Positions 19,025 through 29,748 are shown, numbered from the stretch's first letter. The stretch is 57,828 nucleotides of DNA from Candidatus Enterousia sp. (GCA_045114635.1 JBGUKY010000004.1:1-57828), one strand, 5' to 3'. Notes: a model not told the origin generated them from the letters alone. Made by a program: numbers and translations.

Positions 19025-21623
19025 TTGTAATCCGTAAAGTATCTTCGTTAACAAATAATTCTTTTGCGTTGCTAAAAACATTCCATAATTGTTTGTGCCA
19101 AACCATGTCTGGTGCACGATCCGTATCGCATCCATATATATACAATTCATCACGTGTTCGGGTCAGCGCAACATAAAGCAATCTGTAATATTCGGAGATT
19201 TGGTCCTGTTTGTTTTTATCAATGATTGGTTGTAATATTTCGCTGTTCCCTGTTTTCCATAACCAAACGTCATAATTAGAGTTTTGGTGTAAATAATTGA
19301 TGTTCAATATGGTTTCTGGTTTTGGGAATGTTAATGTATCTATTAAAAACACCACAGGAGAAGCCAAACCTTTGCTTCCATGAACCGTCATTATTCGTAC
19401 GCCTTGGGATGAGTCCATATCACGTTTAATTTCACTGTCGCCAGTAATAAACCACTTTAGGAAGTGACGCAGTGTTCCTGGTTGTGTTCGCTCATATGCC
19501 AAACACATTGTTAAAAATTCTTCTATTGGATCAATGGCTTGTTTGCCAAGTGCAGATATAAACTTTTTACGTGTATTATTTTTGTTAAAAACATATGTGA
19601 AAAATGAATATGGTGCCAATGTTTTTGATTTCTCTATGGTATCCAACAGGTCGTCATAAAGTTCTGATTTTCGCGTGTTTAAAATATCAAATATTGTGGC
19701 TGATTTTAAATTATTTTTTATTTTGCATAATTCAAAAATATCGCGTTCTTTCAAATAATAAAATGGGCTTTTTAATATACAACATAAACTATAGTCATCG
19801 GATTGGTCAATACAAAATCTTACAAGATAAAGCATATCTTTTATGGCAGAAAATTCGGGTAATTTTATCCTGTCATTTCCTGCAATATCAATATCGCGTT
19901 TTTTAAGTGCATTTGATAATAAATCCACATAACTTCCCCGCTTTTGAACAAGTACCATGATATCTTTTGGATCACGACCGGCTTTTACCAACGCATTAAT
20001 TTTATTGGCAATCATATTAACATAAAGTTTATTCTTTTCTGTTCCGGTTTTATCGCATTTGAAAGTATTGTGTATTTCAACAAAACCCTTGTCGCCAGTT
20101 CTAAAACATTTGTGTTTGTTATTATAAAACCCTGTCTTTTCAACGATTTCAGGACAGTCAAAAAAACAATCTACTGTATCAAGTATAGGCTTAACAGATC
20201 TAAAACTTTGATCCAAAGCAACTTCTTGAATTGTTCTATAATTGTTTTTTATCTGTTCTGCGATTGCTTCGCGACTTAGTGCAAAAGCACGCGGATCTGC
20301 GTTTTGAAAGCCGTATATAGATTGTTTTGTGTCACCAACCACAAATAACGAACGATTATTTTTTGTGTCACCATCTGTAAAGAAATCGCCGGCCAACATA
20401 CGCAATATATTCCATTGTTGTGGGCTTGTATCCTGGGCTTCATCAACCAATATGTGTGATAAAGAAACGTCTAATTGCGATAAAACCCAACCCATAACAT
20501 CTGGTTTCATAAATAGCTTTTGCGTGTATAAAATCAGATCTTCAAAATCAAGCAGATTACGCTCTTGTTTTATAGTGCGATAAGTGTTGGCAAAATCCAT
20601 TGCCAAATCAAACAAAGCCATTGTATCTTTGAATATAGCATTATTTAATATATATTGTTGTGTGTTGTGGACCCGTGTTGCTTCTTCAACAAAATATTCG
20701 TTTTTCAAGACATTTTTTATGATCGTATTATCGCTTGTTAAATACGCAGATTTATATTTTTCAAAATTTATAGTATTATCAATATATTGTTGTGTTAAAT
20801 CTATAATATTTTGAATATACTTTGCCGGCTTTTTTGATGTGTTTTGAAGATTTATTGCGGCTGATACAATGTTTGTTAAATAATCTGGTTTAATTGATGT
20901 GTCGATATCTTTATCAAGATTCAAGATTTTTCGCGTTGTTTCAATAAAATATTCGCGATATTTATTTGTATCTTCAACCTGGAAAAACGAACGATAGCGC
21001 GATAACAATAACTCACGTAATTCATCCATAAAATATTCAGATTTTATATCTATGATACGATAAAATGCATCCATAGTGTTGGTAAGATCAGTAACGCCAT
21101 TAAAAGATTGTTTTATCATTGAATCAAAAGCGTCTTGTAATAAAACAGATTGCGCAGCGCCTGAAACCAAACCCCAAGTTGGTGATATACCGGCCTCCAA
21201 AGGGAAACGATGAAGAATTTCTTCACAAAAACTGTGAATAGTTTTTATTTTAAGCACTTCTGGATTATCGATATACATATAAAACACACGGCGAGCATAT
21301 GCCAAATCTTGTTTGGTTGCTGGTGTGTTTTCAGATATACCATCTAATAATTCTTGTAATGCAGCATCATCCGCCCTTGCCCATTTGCGTAATTGTTCCA
21401 AAATACGATTGCGCATTTCGCCAGCGGCAGCATTAGTATATGTTAAACAAAGTATTCCTGGGGCAATATCATTGTTGTATTCGCCATTCCTAAACAAAAT
21501 ACGTAACAACCGCCGCACAAGAACAGTTGTTTTTCCTGTCCCGGCATTAGCCTGAACCCAAATATTTTCAGATGGGTTTGAAGCTACGTTCTGTGAAGAA
21601 GAAAAAACTTCATTTTTTGACAT
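18981..21623 (-). CDS. addA: AddA-type UvrD helicase (helicase portion)
   Basis: ANAGTGKT, LTYTNAAA.EM, VDEAQDT, VGD.KQSIYGF, MTVHGSKGL, RLLYVALTR. Confidence 0.9.
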   Translation of the reverse strand: MSKNEVFSSSQNVASNPSENIWVQANAGTGKTTVLVRRLLRILFRNGEYNNDIAPGILCLTYTNAAAGEMRNRILEQLRKWARADDAALQELLDGISENTPATKQDLAYARRVFYMYIDNPEVLKIKTIHSFCEEILHRFPLEAGISPTWGLVSGAAQSVLLQDAFDSMIKQSFNGVTDLTNTMDAFYRIIDIKSEYFMDELRELLLSRYRSFFQVEDTNKYREYFIETTRKILNLDKDIDTSIKPDYLTNIVSAAINLQNTSKKPAKYIQNIIDLTQQYIDNTINFEKYKSAYLTSDNTIIKNVLKNEYFVEEATRVHNTQQYILNNAIFKDTMALFDLAMDFANTYRTIKQERNLLDFEDLILYTQKLFMKPDVMGWVLSQLDVSLSHILVDEAQDTSPQQWNILRMLAGDFFTDGDTKNNRSLFVVGDTKQSIYGFQNADPRAFALSREAIAEQIKNNYRTIQEVALDQSFRSVKPILDTVDCFFDCPEIVEKTGFYNNKHKCFRTGDKGFVEIHNTFKCDKTGTEKNKLYVNMIANKINALVKAGRDPKDIMVLVQKRGSYVDLLSNALKKRDIDIAGNDRIKLPEFSAIKDMLYLVRFCIDQSDDYSLCCILKSPFYYLKERDIFELCKIKNNLKSATIFDILNTRKSELYDDLLDTIEKSKTLAPYSFFTYVFNKNNTRKKFISALGKQAIDPIEEFLTMCLAYERTQPGTLRHFLKWFITGDSEIKRDMDSSQGVRIMTVHGSKGLASPVVFLIDTLTFPKPETILNINYLHQNSNYDVWLWKTGNSEILQPIIDKNKQDQISEYYRLLYVALTRTRDELYIYGCDTDRAPDMVWHKQLWNVFSNAKELFVNEDTLRITNDTELERFFGWCKE

Positions 21624-21701
21624 TTATACTCTTGCTTTATTGAAAAGATTTTAGTATATATTTCCTTAGAGTTCAAGGACGTTATTTTAGGAGAAAGAGT
21701 T

Positions 21702-23621
21702 ATGAATCAAACGCTGTTGATTATATCGTTGTCTTTAGGTTTTTTGTTGCTTGTCAGTTTGGTTTGTTTGTTTTTTATTTCACGCAAATCTCAACAAGTT
21801 ATGCATTCTTTGTTGGAAATAATGACACATCCAGAACAAGCAAAAATCAAAGATGCAACGCGTGTTTTACAGACTATATTGAAAGATGAAATTACCAAAA
21901 TTGATGATAATTTCAAATCAATGGCATCGTCACTTGAAAATCAAATTGCACACACAGAAGAAATAAAACATGTGCTGGGCGAGCAAAATGATAAATTAGT
22001 TTCAACAGCGGATGAAGCAACCAAGAAAATCGCCCTTATGTCTCAAAGATTGGATAACACAATCGAAGGTCTGGATAAAATTGTAGCATCTAACGGTTGG
22101 GCAGAAGTTCAACACAGCACGGATAATTTTTCTGCGACAATGGAAAGTTTGTTGAACAGAATAACCGATACTTCAACAACAGCAACCGAAAATGCGACAA
22201 AAGTTCAAGATCAGATAGCACAATGTATCGAACAAGAACAACAAATAAGCGAACAATTGCAGACACATTTCACAAATAATACCGAAGACATGGATAAATT
22301 GACAGCGGCTGCAAACGCGTTGCAGCAACAATTGACAGATTTAAGTTCAAGTGTGACGACTGGTTTTGAAAACGTAACAAATGCATCGCAAAATTATGAT
22401 GAAACAATGCATCAAAACGATAAATTGTTAAGCGATTATTTAACCAAGATGTCTGAATTTACAAAACGTTCCGGTAAAGAATTGACACGTCAAGTCAACA
22501 CAATGACAGAAACTGCTAACGTGGTTGGTGCAAATATTCGTTTGGCTGAAACTTCAATTGATAAACAGTTGCGTAAATTGGAAAGCGCTATCGATGCCTT
22601 AAATAATTCGACAACAAACACAACTGAATCAGTCCGTGGACTTACAAATGAGTTATCTGGCCTTACAAATCGTTTTGACAGCGAAATTCACGAGTTTTCT
22701 ACTGGTGTTGTCAAAGAAATTAAAGATGTTTCTGGGGTTGCAAACAAAACACTTGAAAACACCAAATCTGCAGCGACAGAATTTGCTGATTCTGTAAAGA
22801 GTATGGGTATAGGTGTTCGTGAAACATTGATTGAAATGAACAGGGCACATGCTCAATTATCAGGACAATCTGAAAATCTTATAAAGATGTCCACAGAAAC
22901 AACAGAACAATTAAAACCTTTGTCAGAATTGATAGAAAAATATTATGTGGCCCTGCCCGATTTGGCTGCTGGTTCGCGTGATATGAGTGAAAACCTTAAT
23001 AACATAGTCAATACATTGGTTGAAAAAATCAACACTATGAAAACAAGTATCGCAGAATCTCTGGAAAACATAAACAATTCATCGACACAATTGGGTAATT
23101 TGGCTGGTGAATCACGTCAGCAAATGATTGATTTGATGTCTGATTATGCCAAGGCTGTAGATGCAATGCAAAGTTTGAATAAACAAATGATGGTTGCGCG
23201 TGCCTCTGCACCAATGGATGCGATTAAAGTAGCCCCAAGCGCACCTTTTAAACCAATAAGCACTAAAGATTTTATGAATCAAACAGAAAAACTGTTTGAA
23301 AAACTTTATGAACAGGCTGTTGATTTAACACGTGCTTCGAACGCAGAGATACCTGAAATCGTATGGAACAAATACAATGACGGTGACACCAAGATATTCG
23401 CAAAATGGTTGGTAAAAATGTTTAATGCAACTGATAAAAAGCAAATACATGAATTATTAAGATCTGATAAGATATTTAATTCACAGGCCACACAATTTGT
23501 GCGTAATTTTGAAAAGATATTAAATGGTGCAGAACAAACCAATGATGCCGACAAAGTAAAAACTGCGCTGTTAAAAACAGATCTTGGTACCATATATACA
23601 GTGATACACAAAAGTATATAA
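21702..23621 (+). CDS. Membrane-anchored long coiled-coil protein (possible polar scaffold)
   Basis: N-terminal TM helix followed by ~500 aa of heptad-like repeats. Confidence 0.7.
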   Translation: MNQTLLIISLSLGFLLLVSLVCLFFISRKSQQVMHSLLEIMTHPEQAKIKDATRVLQTILKDEITKIDDNFKSMASSLENQIAHTEEIKHVLGEQNDKLVSTADEATKKIALMSQRLDNTIEGLDKIVASNGWAEVQHSTDNFSATMESLLNRITDTSTTATENATKVQDQIAQCIEQEQQISEQLQTHFTNNTEDMDKLTAAANALQQQLTDLSSSVTTGFENVTNASQNYDETMHQNDKLLSDYLTKMSEFTKRSGKELTRQVNTMTETANVVGANIRLAETSIDKQLRKLESAIDALNNSTTNTTESVRGLTNELSGLTNRFDSEIHEFSTGVVKEIKDVSGVANKTLENTKSAATEFADSVKSMGIGVRETLIEMNRAHAQLSGQSENLIKMSTETTEQLKPLSELIEKYYVALPDLAAGSRDMSENLNNIVNTLVEKINTMKTSIAESLENINNSSTQLGNLAGESRQQMIDLMSDYAKAVDAMQSLNKQMMVARASAPMDAIKVAPSAPFKPISTKDFMNQTEKLFEKLYEQAVDLTRASNAEIPEIVWNKYNDGDTKIFAKWLVKMFNATDKKQIHELLRSDKIFNSQATQFVRNFEKILNGAEQTNDADKVKTALLKTDLGTIYTVIHKSI

Positions 23622-23643
23622 AAAAACGCCTGTAACGGCGTTT

Positions 23644-24252
23644 TTATTTTTGTTTTGATGTTTGACGCGTTGAATTTATAAATGCTTGCAGGCGGCCATC
23701 TGTAGCAAATTGTTGTGGGTTTGACACAACAATATGATCTATGAATACATCTGCTTGTTTAAAATCTTCCATATTACAAGTATTTGTTTTGCGAACTTCC
23801 AAATCACTTGGCATATTTTGGCGCTGTTTTGCAATTTCGAAATTATTCATTGGTGGAATAAACCATAATACCATAAAAGAATACAAGTTGTTCCTGTCGT
23901 GTGTTAAAAACCAATCCATCATTTGACGAACATATCTAGGCTGTATTACATCATAGGTAAAGTTCATACCCCAATGATTTAAAATTTCAAATTCAGGCAC
24001 ACCATAGAGCCATTTTTGTTGACCCGGTTTCCAAAATTGTTCGTTCACAAATAGTTTTGTTGCGAAAGTTTCTGTTTCAAAATATTTTTCATCGCGAAAA
24101 TAATATTCGCGCCCGTCTTGTTCCCCTTCTCGCATAGAACGCGTTGTTGCAGATTTAAGATTATAAAATGCGCTTTTTGGTAAAATATTTTTTATAAAAT
24201 AAGATTTACCGCTGCCTGATAATCCTGTACAAAATAAAACCGTTTTATTCAT
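23644..24252 (-). CDS. Guanylate kinase-like protein
   Basis: GLSGSGKS P-loop, TTRSMREGEQDGREYYF signature; divergent C-terminal half. Confidence 0.7.
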   Translation of the reverse strand: MNKTVLFCTGLSGSGKSYFIKNILPKSAFYNLKSATTRSMREGEQDGREYYFRDEKYFETETFATKLFVNEQFWKPGQQKWLYGVPEFEILNHWGMNFTYDVIQPRYVRQMMDWFLTHDRNNLYSFMVLWFIPPMNNFEIAKQRQNMPSDLEVRKTNTCNMEDFKQADVFIDHIVVSNPQQFATDGRLQAFINSTRQTSKQK

Positions 24253-24296
24253 ATTTTTATCCGCATAAAAAACCCGCACAAAGCGGGTTGTTAAAA

Positions 24297-26384
24297 TTAA
24301 TCTTCCAAGAAACTGCGCAATTTACGTGCACGTGTTGGATGTTTAAGTTTATTAAGTGCTTTTTGTTCGATCTGACGTATACGTTCACGTGTCACACCGA
24401 TATATTCACCAACTTCTTCCAAAGTACTTGTCTTATTAGTGGACATACCAAAACGTTGACGCAAAACAGTTTCTTCTTTTGGATCCAATTCGGACAAGAT
24501 TTGTGTAACAATCTTGCGCAAGTTCTTTTGAGCAGCCGAAGTAAACGGATTCTTTGCTGTTTCGTCAGCAATGATTTCAATACGAGAACTGTCATCTTCG
24601 CTTCCTACAGGTGCTTCCAAAGACATAGGTTTAAGATTAACTTTCATTGCCTTATGAATCTTGTCTACTGGCAAATAGATAATCTTTGATAATTCTTCAG
24701 CGGTTGGCTGACGACCATATTTATGCATAAATTGACGTGATGCACGTTGAATTTTGTGTATGTTATCAATCATATGCACAGGGATACGAATTGTACGTGC
24801 TTGGTCGGCTATACTACGTGAAATGCCCTGTTGAATCCAGTTGGTTGCATATGTAGAAAACTTATTACCCAATCTGTAATCAAACTTGTCGACCGCCTTC
24901 ATCAAACCAATATTACCATCTTGGACAAGGTCAGAAAAATCAAGTCCTAAACCACGATTGCTTGATTTTTTAGCGAATTTAATAACAAGACGCAAGTTGG
25001 CTTCAATCATTTCGCGTTTCGCACGGGCTGCTTCTGCCTGACCGCGACGAACCAATTCGACCACTTTCTTGTATTCTGATGTAGGTTGTCCTGTCTCTTT
25101 CGCGATTGCTGTAATGTCTTCTTGTATCTTCAATACATCTGCTTGATGTTTAGTTGCAAAGTTTTGCCATGCGGCACTTTTGTTTTTAGCCAATTTCTTT
25201 ACCCAGTTGCGGTTCAATTCGTTGCCGGCATATTCAGCCAAGAAGTCTTCGCGTTTAATTTTACAAGCAAGCGCAAGACGCAACATTTTGCCTTCCAATC
25301 CCATCAATAATTGGTCGCGCTGAGTAAGTTTTTCCATTATTTCGGCAATTCTGTCATCATTAAGGCGGATTTTGCCAACGTATTCAAACAATTCAACACG
25401 TAATTTATTATATTTCTTTTCCAATGTTTCGTCAGGTTTTGCGGAACCAAGCAAATTATCTAAGCGTTTTGCTTGTAATTTCTGCATACCAGAGAAAATA
25501 CGTTTAATTTTTGTGAATAAATCTGTGATCATTGGCATAAGCGCATCTTCCATAACAGGAATTGGTACACCAGAAGAACTGCGTTGACCATCTTCTTTCT
25601 TGTCTTCTTCATCTTCATCCAATTCTTCGTCTTCTTCATCTTCGGATGCGACAGAATCTTCTAAAGCGTCTAAATCTTCATCATTTAAATCGTCAACTTG
25701 ATCGACACCTTTGGATTTCAATGTGTCCGCCAATGCAGCCAACGATTTTTGCTCAGATTCACTGGAATACATAACTTCCAAATTGATAATGTGACGTAAT
25801 CTTATATCGCCATTTAACAATTGTTGATACCAATCCAACATAGCTTGAATTGTCATAGGGCTTTCGCAAAGTCCATAAACCATCAATCTGGATGCAGCTT
25901 CAATACGTTGAGCAATAGCAATTTCGCCGGCGGCAGTCAATAATTGAACAGTACCGATTTGTTTAAGATATGATTGAACAGAATCTTGGATGCCCAATAC
26001 TAAATTACCAGTAGAGCTGCGTTCCAATTGTTTGGCGTAGTGTTCATAATCGTCATCATTAACATCAACCTGTTCTGCATCCGCATTCAACAAATCGCGG
26101 GTTTTATCACGATTATAGCTTTCATCGTCTTCTTCGTAATATTTTTCCATATCACGAGCAAATCTATCGCCATCTGTTTCCAATATTTCCAATTCCAAAT
26201 CTTGCTTAAAGAATTCAAGAACTTCGTCTTTTTCTTCGTCTGGTACTTCATCAGCCTGAATAGCGGCATCAAAGTCCATTTGGGATAAATACCCTATTTC
26301 ATTCGCTGACAAAGCCAGTTCTTTTAAACTTTCTGGCAATGAATCGATCAATAATCTTGTTGCTTCATCTAGTTTTTTGGCCAT
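24297..26384 (-). CDS. rpoD: RNA polymerase primary sigma factor RpoD
   Basis: Regions 1.2, acidic NCR, 2 (ANLRLV..GLMKAVDKF), 3 (ARTIRIPVHM), 4.2 (TLEEVG..VTRERIRQIE). Confidence 0.96.
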   Translation of the reverse strand: MAKKLDEATRLLIDSLPESLKELALSANEIGYLSQMDFDAAIQADEVPDEEKDEVLEFFKQDLELEILETDGDRFARDMEKYYEEDDESYNRDKTRDLLNADAEQVDVNDDDYEHYAKQLERSSTGNLVLGIQDSVQSYLKQIGTVQLLTAAGEIAIAQRIEAASRLMVYGLCESPMTIQAMLDWYQQLLNGDIRLRHIINLEVMYSSESEQKSLAALADTLKSKGVDQVDDLNDEDLDALEDSVASEDEEDEELDEDEEDKKEDGQRSSSGVPIPVMEDALMPMITDLFTKIKRIFSGMQKLQAKRLDNLLGSAKPDETLEKKYNKLRVELFEYVGKIRLNDDRIAEIMEKLTQRDQLLMGLEGKMLRLALACKIKREDFLAEYAGNELNRNWVKKLAKNKSAAWQNFATKHQADVLKIQEDITAIAKETGQPTSEYKKVVELVRRGQAEAARAKREMIEANLRLVIKFAKKSSNRGLGLDFSDLVQDGNIGLMKAVDKFDYRLGNKFSTYATNWIQQGISRSIADQARTIRIPVHMIDNIHKIQRASRQFMHKYGRQPTAEELSKIIYLPVDKIHKAMKVNLKPMSLEAPVGSEDDSSRIEIIADETAKNPFTSAAQKNLRKIVTQILSELDPKEETVLRQRFGMSTNKTSTLEEVGEYIGVTRERIRQIEQKALNKLKHPTRARKLRSFLED

Positions 26385-26421
26385 AAAAAACCCTTTGATT
26401 TATTTGTGTAAAATAAAAAAC

Positions 26422-26952
26422 TTATTTTGATGCCTTGCGTTCTGCTTTAGCAATTGCTTCGTGTAACGCAGATTCAGAAACCAAGCCCAATACAATAGGA
26501 CTTTGAATTTGAATCATCGAATAAGATTTGTGTGTTTTTTCACGAATAGATTTCACAGTCGGGTTTGTGCTGCGCATAAGACGTGCAATTTGACCATCTG
26601 TCAAAGCTGGGTAATTCTTTAAAATCCATAAAATACCACCCAAACGGTTTTGACGATGCAATTTTGGTGTATAACCAACGCCTTTTTTATTTTGTTTTTT
26701 CTGGGCTTCTACAATTTCTTCGCGCAAAGTCAATCTTGCTTCTGGATCAGCTTCACATTTTTCAATATCTTCACGTGTAACCTGACCATTGATAATTGGG
26801 TTTAAACCTTGCATTTTATTAGATTCTGCATCGGCAATATTTTTAACTTCCAGTTCGTGCAAACCGCAGAACTCGCCAATTTGTTCAAATGTTAAAGCTG
26901 TGTTTTCAATCAACCAAAGTGCAGTGGATTTAGGCATATATGGATAATTCAT
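26422..26952 (-). CDS. DUF1013 family (TrcR-like cell-cycle regulator)
   Basis: MPKSTALWLIENTALTFEQI..FCGLH.LEV..IAD signature. Confidence 0.85.
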   Translation of the reverse strand: MNYPYMPKSTALWLIENTALTFEQIGEFCGLHELEVKNIADAESNKMQGLNPIINGQVTREDIEKCEADPEARLTLREEIVEAQKKQNKKGVGYTPKLHRQNRLGGILWILKNYPALTDGQIARLMRSTNPTVKSIREKTHKSYSMIQIQSPIVLGLVSESALHEAIAKAERKASK

Positions 26953-27027
26953 GGATTTTTCCTTTGTTAAGACGCGTTCTAATATAGCACAAAATGCGCT
27001 ATATTCAAGCAGTTTTTTTATATTTTT

Positions 27028-28461
27028 TTATAAATTTATATCCCAGACTGTACCAGAAGCGCTATCTTTCAAAACAACACCCTTTTCCTGTAAGTCTGCG
27101 CGGATTTTATCAGCTGTTGCCCAATCTTTGTTTTGTTTTGCCAAAGCACGTTCGTTTATAGCCCTTTCAATATCAGACTCAGTTAAATTCGAACTTTGTA
27201 AAACATCTGACTTTGCTTTTGCAATATAATCGTCTGGATTTTGTTGTAATATATTAAATACCGCGAACAACTCTTTGATTTTATTGGCGATTTCTTGCAA
27301 ATTATATTCCGTTGTTTTTTTAGCAATTTCGGCATTGATAAAATTAAACCAACCAAATGCAGCAGCAATCACTTCCAAAGTATTAAAGTTATCGTTCATA
27401 GCATTTTCGAATTCAGAAACTATTTCTTGGATCTTGGTATCTGTTTTTTCTTTATTGGCACCAGCAAAATCATGACCTTTTAATGCCGAAAATACAGAAT
27501 ACATTTTATAAACGTGTTTTAAAGATTCTGGTAACAAAGTATCCGTAATATCTATGTCTGCAGAATATGTATTGCGTAACAATGCAAATCTTATGATATC
27601 TGCATCATATTTTGCCAAAACATCTTTCAATAAAATACCATTATTCAGTGATTTGCTCATTTTTTGACCGTTTACCTTTACAAGACCGCAATGCACCCAA
27701 TATCTTGCAAATTGTTTGCCTGTCAAAGCTTCAGTTTGCGCAATTTCGTTTTCATGGTGTGGGAACACTAAATCACGTCCACCACCATGAATATCTATCT
27801 GTTCACCAAGATATTTAAGATTCATCGCACTGCATTCTATGTGCCAGCCAGGACGCCCCATACCCCATGGAGATTTCCAAGCAATTTCACCAGGTTTTGC
27901 AGATTTCCATAATGCAAAATCCAAATCGTTTTGTTTGCCTGGTTCAACATCTTTTCTGACGCCCGTATCATTTTTATCAATTTGAATGTGTGATAATTTG
28001 CCGTATTCAGCAAAACTGTCCAATTTAAAATAAACATCACCAAATTCAGAAACATATGCATGACCAGAATCTATCAGTTTTTGAACAAAATTAATAATGT
28101 CGTCAATGCATTGTGTCGCACGCGCCATAATTGTAGGATGAGAATTACCCAAAGCATCCATTTCTTTATCTGTTTGTTGCATATATTTTTCAGCAAATTC
28201 TATTGGGTTTTCCCCAGTTTGTGCGGCATTGTTTATAATCTTGTCATCAACGTCTGTATAGTTGCGGACATATTTTACTTCATATCCAAGATAACGCAAA
28301 TAGCGGGTTATAACATCAAAAACTACTGATTGATACGCATGTCCGATATGTGCATCACCAGATACAGTTATACCGCACGCATACATTTTAACAACGCCCG
28401 GGGTTAACGGGATAAAATCTTCTTTCTTTCTGGTCAGAACATTATAGATTTTTAAAGACAT
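27028..28461 (-). CDS. cysS: Cysteine--tRNA ligase
   Basis: CG.TV, HIGH, DFALWK, GRPGWHIECS, HHENE.AQ, KMSKS. Confidence 0.97.
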   Translation of the reverse strand: MSLKIYNVLTRKKEDFIPLTPGVVKMYACGITVSGDAHIGHAYQSVVFDVITRYLRYLGYEVKYVRNYTDVDDKIINNAAQTGENPIEFAEKYMQQTDKEMDALGNSHPTIMARATQCIDDIINFVQKLIDSGHAYVSEFGDVYFKLDSFAEYGKLSHIQIDKNDTGVRKDVEPGKQNDLDFALWKSAKPGEIAWKSPWGMGRPGWHIECSAMNLKYLGEQIDIHGGGRDLVFPHHENEIAQTEALTGKQFARYWVHCGLVKVNGQKMSKSLNNGILLKDVLAKYDADIIRFALLRNTYSADIDITDTLLPESLKHVYKMYSVFSALKGHDFAGANKEKTDTKIQEIVSEFENAMNDNFNTLEVIAAAFGWFNFINAEIAKKTTEYNLQEIANKIKELFAVFNILQQNPDDYIAKAKSDVLQSSNLTESDIERAINERALAKQNKDWATADKIRADLQEKGVVLKDSASGTVWDINL

Positions 28462-28638
28462 TTTTCTTCCTTTGATTTAGTGCTAATAATAATAAATTGA
28501 AACGGATAATGCAAACACTATGTTTGCGGAAAAAACATATATTAACGACAACAGTAAAAATTAATAAATAATATCGTCACGTTTATATTATGTCATTTAT
28601 CGTGAATATAATCAATAAAAAAAGCTACACACAGCTAG

Positions 28639-29367
28639 TTATCTAGTACATTGGGAGTTTTGATTAATAACATCCATTAAAAAACCGAAAGCCGCTTGAT
28701 TGCCAACTTTCCAACCTTCAAGTACCTTGATAGTTTCTGCGATTTTATCCAATTCTTCATCAGATAAATCTTTCAATTTTCGATTTATGTTTATACCTGT
28801 TTTTGTATACAAATGACGTTGATATCTTATCGGATCATTATTATCACAAAATGGCGCATATTTATGAATCGCATTATATATTGATAAATTGGCATACGCA
28901 TCTGTTCGAAGCAAAGCTTTTAAAGCAAGCATACCCTGCTCTTCTGATGGAAAAACAGCAAAACCACCAGCATCACCACAAGCACCCATTTTGCATGCAA
29001 AAGAACCTGTTCTTATTGCACCAGGGTTCATATTTCTCCATGTGCGCGATCCGTAATTAAGAATAAACCCGGTTCCGTCTGGACGTGTATATCTCACATA
29101 TATATCTTTGGAAGAATCTATTTCAAAAACAATTGGTCTTACATCGTATCCTAATTCGTGATACAGATTGAATCTTTGTTCTAATTTGACCAATGTTTGA
29201 TATGCGGGCTTATAATCAGATGGCAATGGTTCAACAGAACGTTCGTTCCATACTTTAGTATCCATAGGAAATGGCATCGGTGTATCTTTTTGTGCATCAC
29301 GAATACCCTTTACGAAGAAAGGCATTGTAAGCACCAGCGAAAACATCAAAACTTTCTTTTTATTCAT
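28639..29367 (-). CDS. Exported protein with RNxNPG lysozyme-like/virion-type domain
   Basis: N-terminal hydrophobic segment; WRNMNPGAIR..GFAVFPS.EQG..AL..LL..YAP..N...Y. Confidence 0.6.
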   Translation of the reverse strand: MNKKKVLMFSLVLTMPFFVKGIRDAQKDTPMPFPMDTKVWNERSVEPLPSDYKPAYQTLVKLEQRFNLYHELGYDVRPIVFEIDSSKDIYVRYTRPDGTGFILNYGSRTWRNMNPGAIRTGSFACKMGACGDAGGFAVFPSEEQGMLALKALLRTDAYANLSIYNAIHKYAPFCDNNDPIRYQRHLYTKTGININRKLKDLSDEELDKIAETIKVLEGWKVGNQAAFGFLMDVINQNSQCTR

Positions 29368-29489
29368 TGTTTTTTTTACCAAAGCGGGAGCATTTTATAA
29401 GGCGTTTTCGCTTTTGTCAAACTAAAAACAAAAAACGATAAATTCACACTTGCATTTAAAAAACTGTTTATATATAATAACACCCATCC

Positions 29490-29578
29490 GGAGCGTTGGC
29501 AGAGTGGTAATGCAGCGGATTGCTAATCCGTGACCGTAGTAATGCGGTCCATAGGTTCGAGTCCTATACGCTCCGCCA
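29490..29578 (+). tRNA. tRNA-Ser(GCT), integration target
   Basis: ggagcgt..gcgga-tt-GCT-aa-tccgt, long variable arm, ggttcgagtcc, acgctcc-gcca. Confidence 0.95.
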
Positions 29579-29587
29579 CTAATTAAA
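29563..29587 (+). repeat. att core, tRNA-side copy
   Basis: cctatacgctccgccactaattaaa. Confidence 0.92.
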
Positions 29588-29713
29588 ATCCCAGTTTTTG
29601 GGATTTTTTTATTTGTTATTTTAACTTATAAAATAATCAATTTTTCCCAGAAATCAGGCACTTTTATACATATTAACAAAACGATGAATTAATGTAAAAA
29701 TGAGGCTCCGACA

Positions 29714-29748
29714 TGTGCCACTTTCTGTGCCACTTTGTGTGCCACCAC
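29714..29748 (+). repeat. Integrase arm-type sites (left), 12-bp period
   Basis: tgtgccactttc/tgtgccactttg/tgtgccaccac. Confidence 0.7.
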
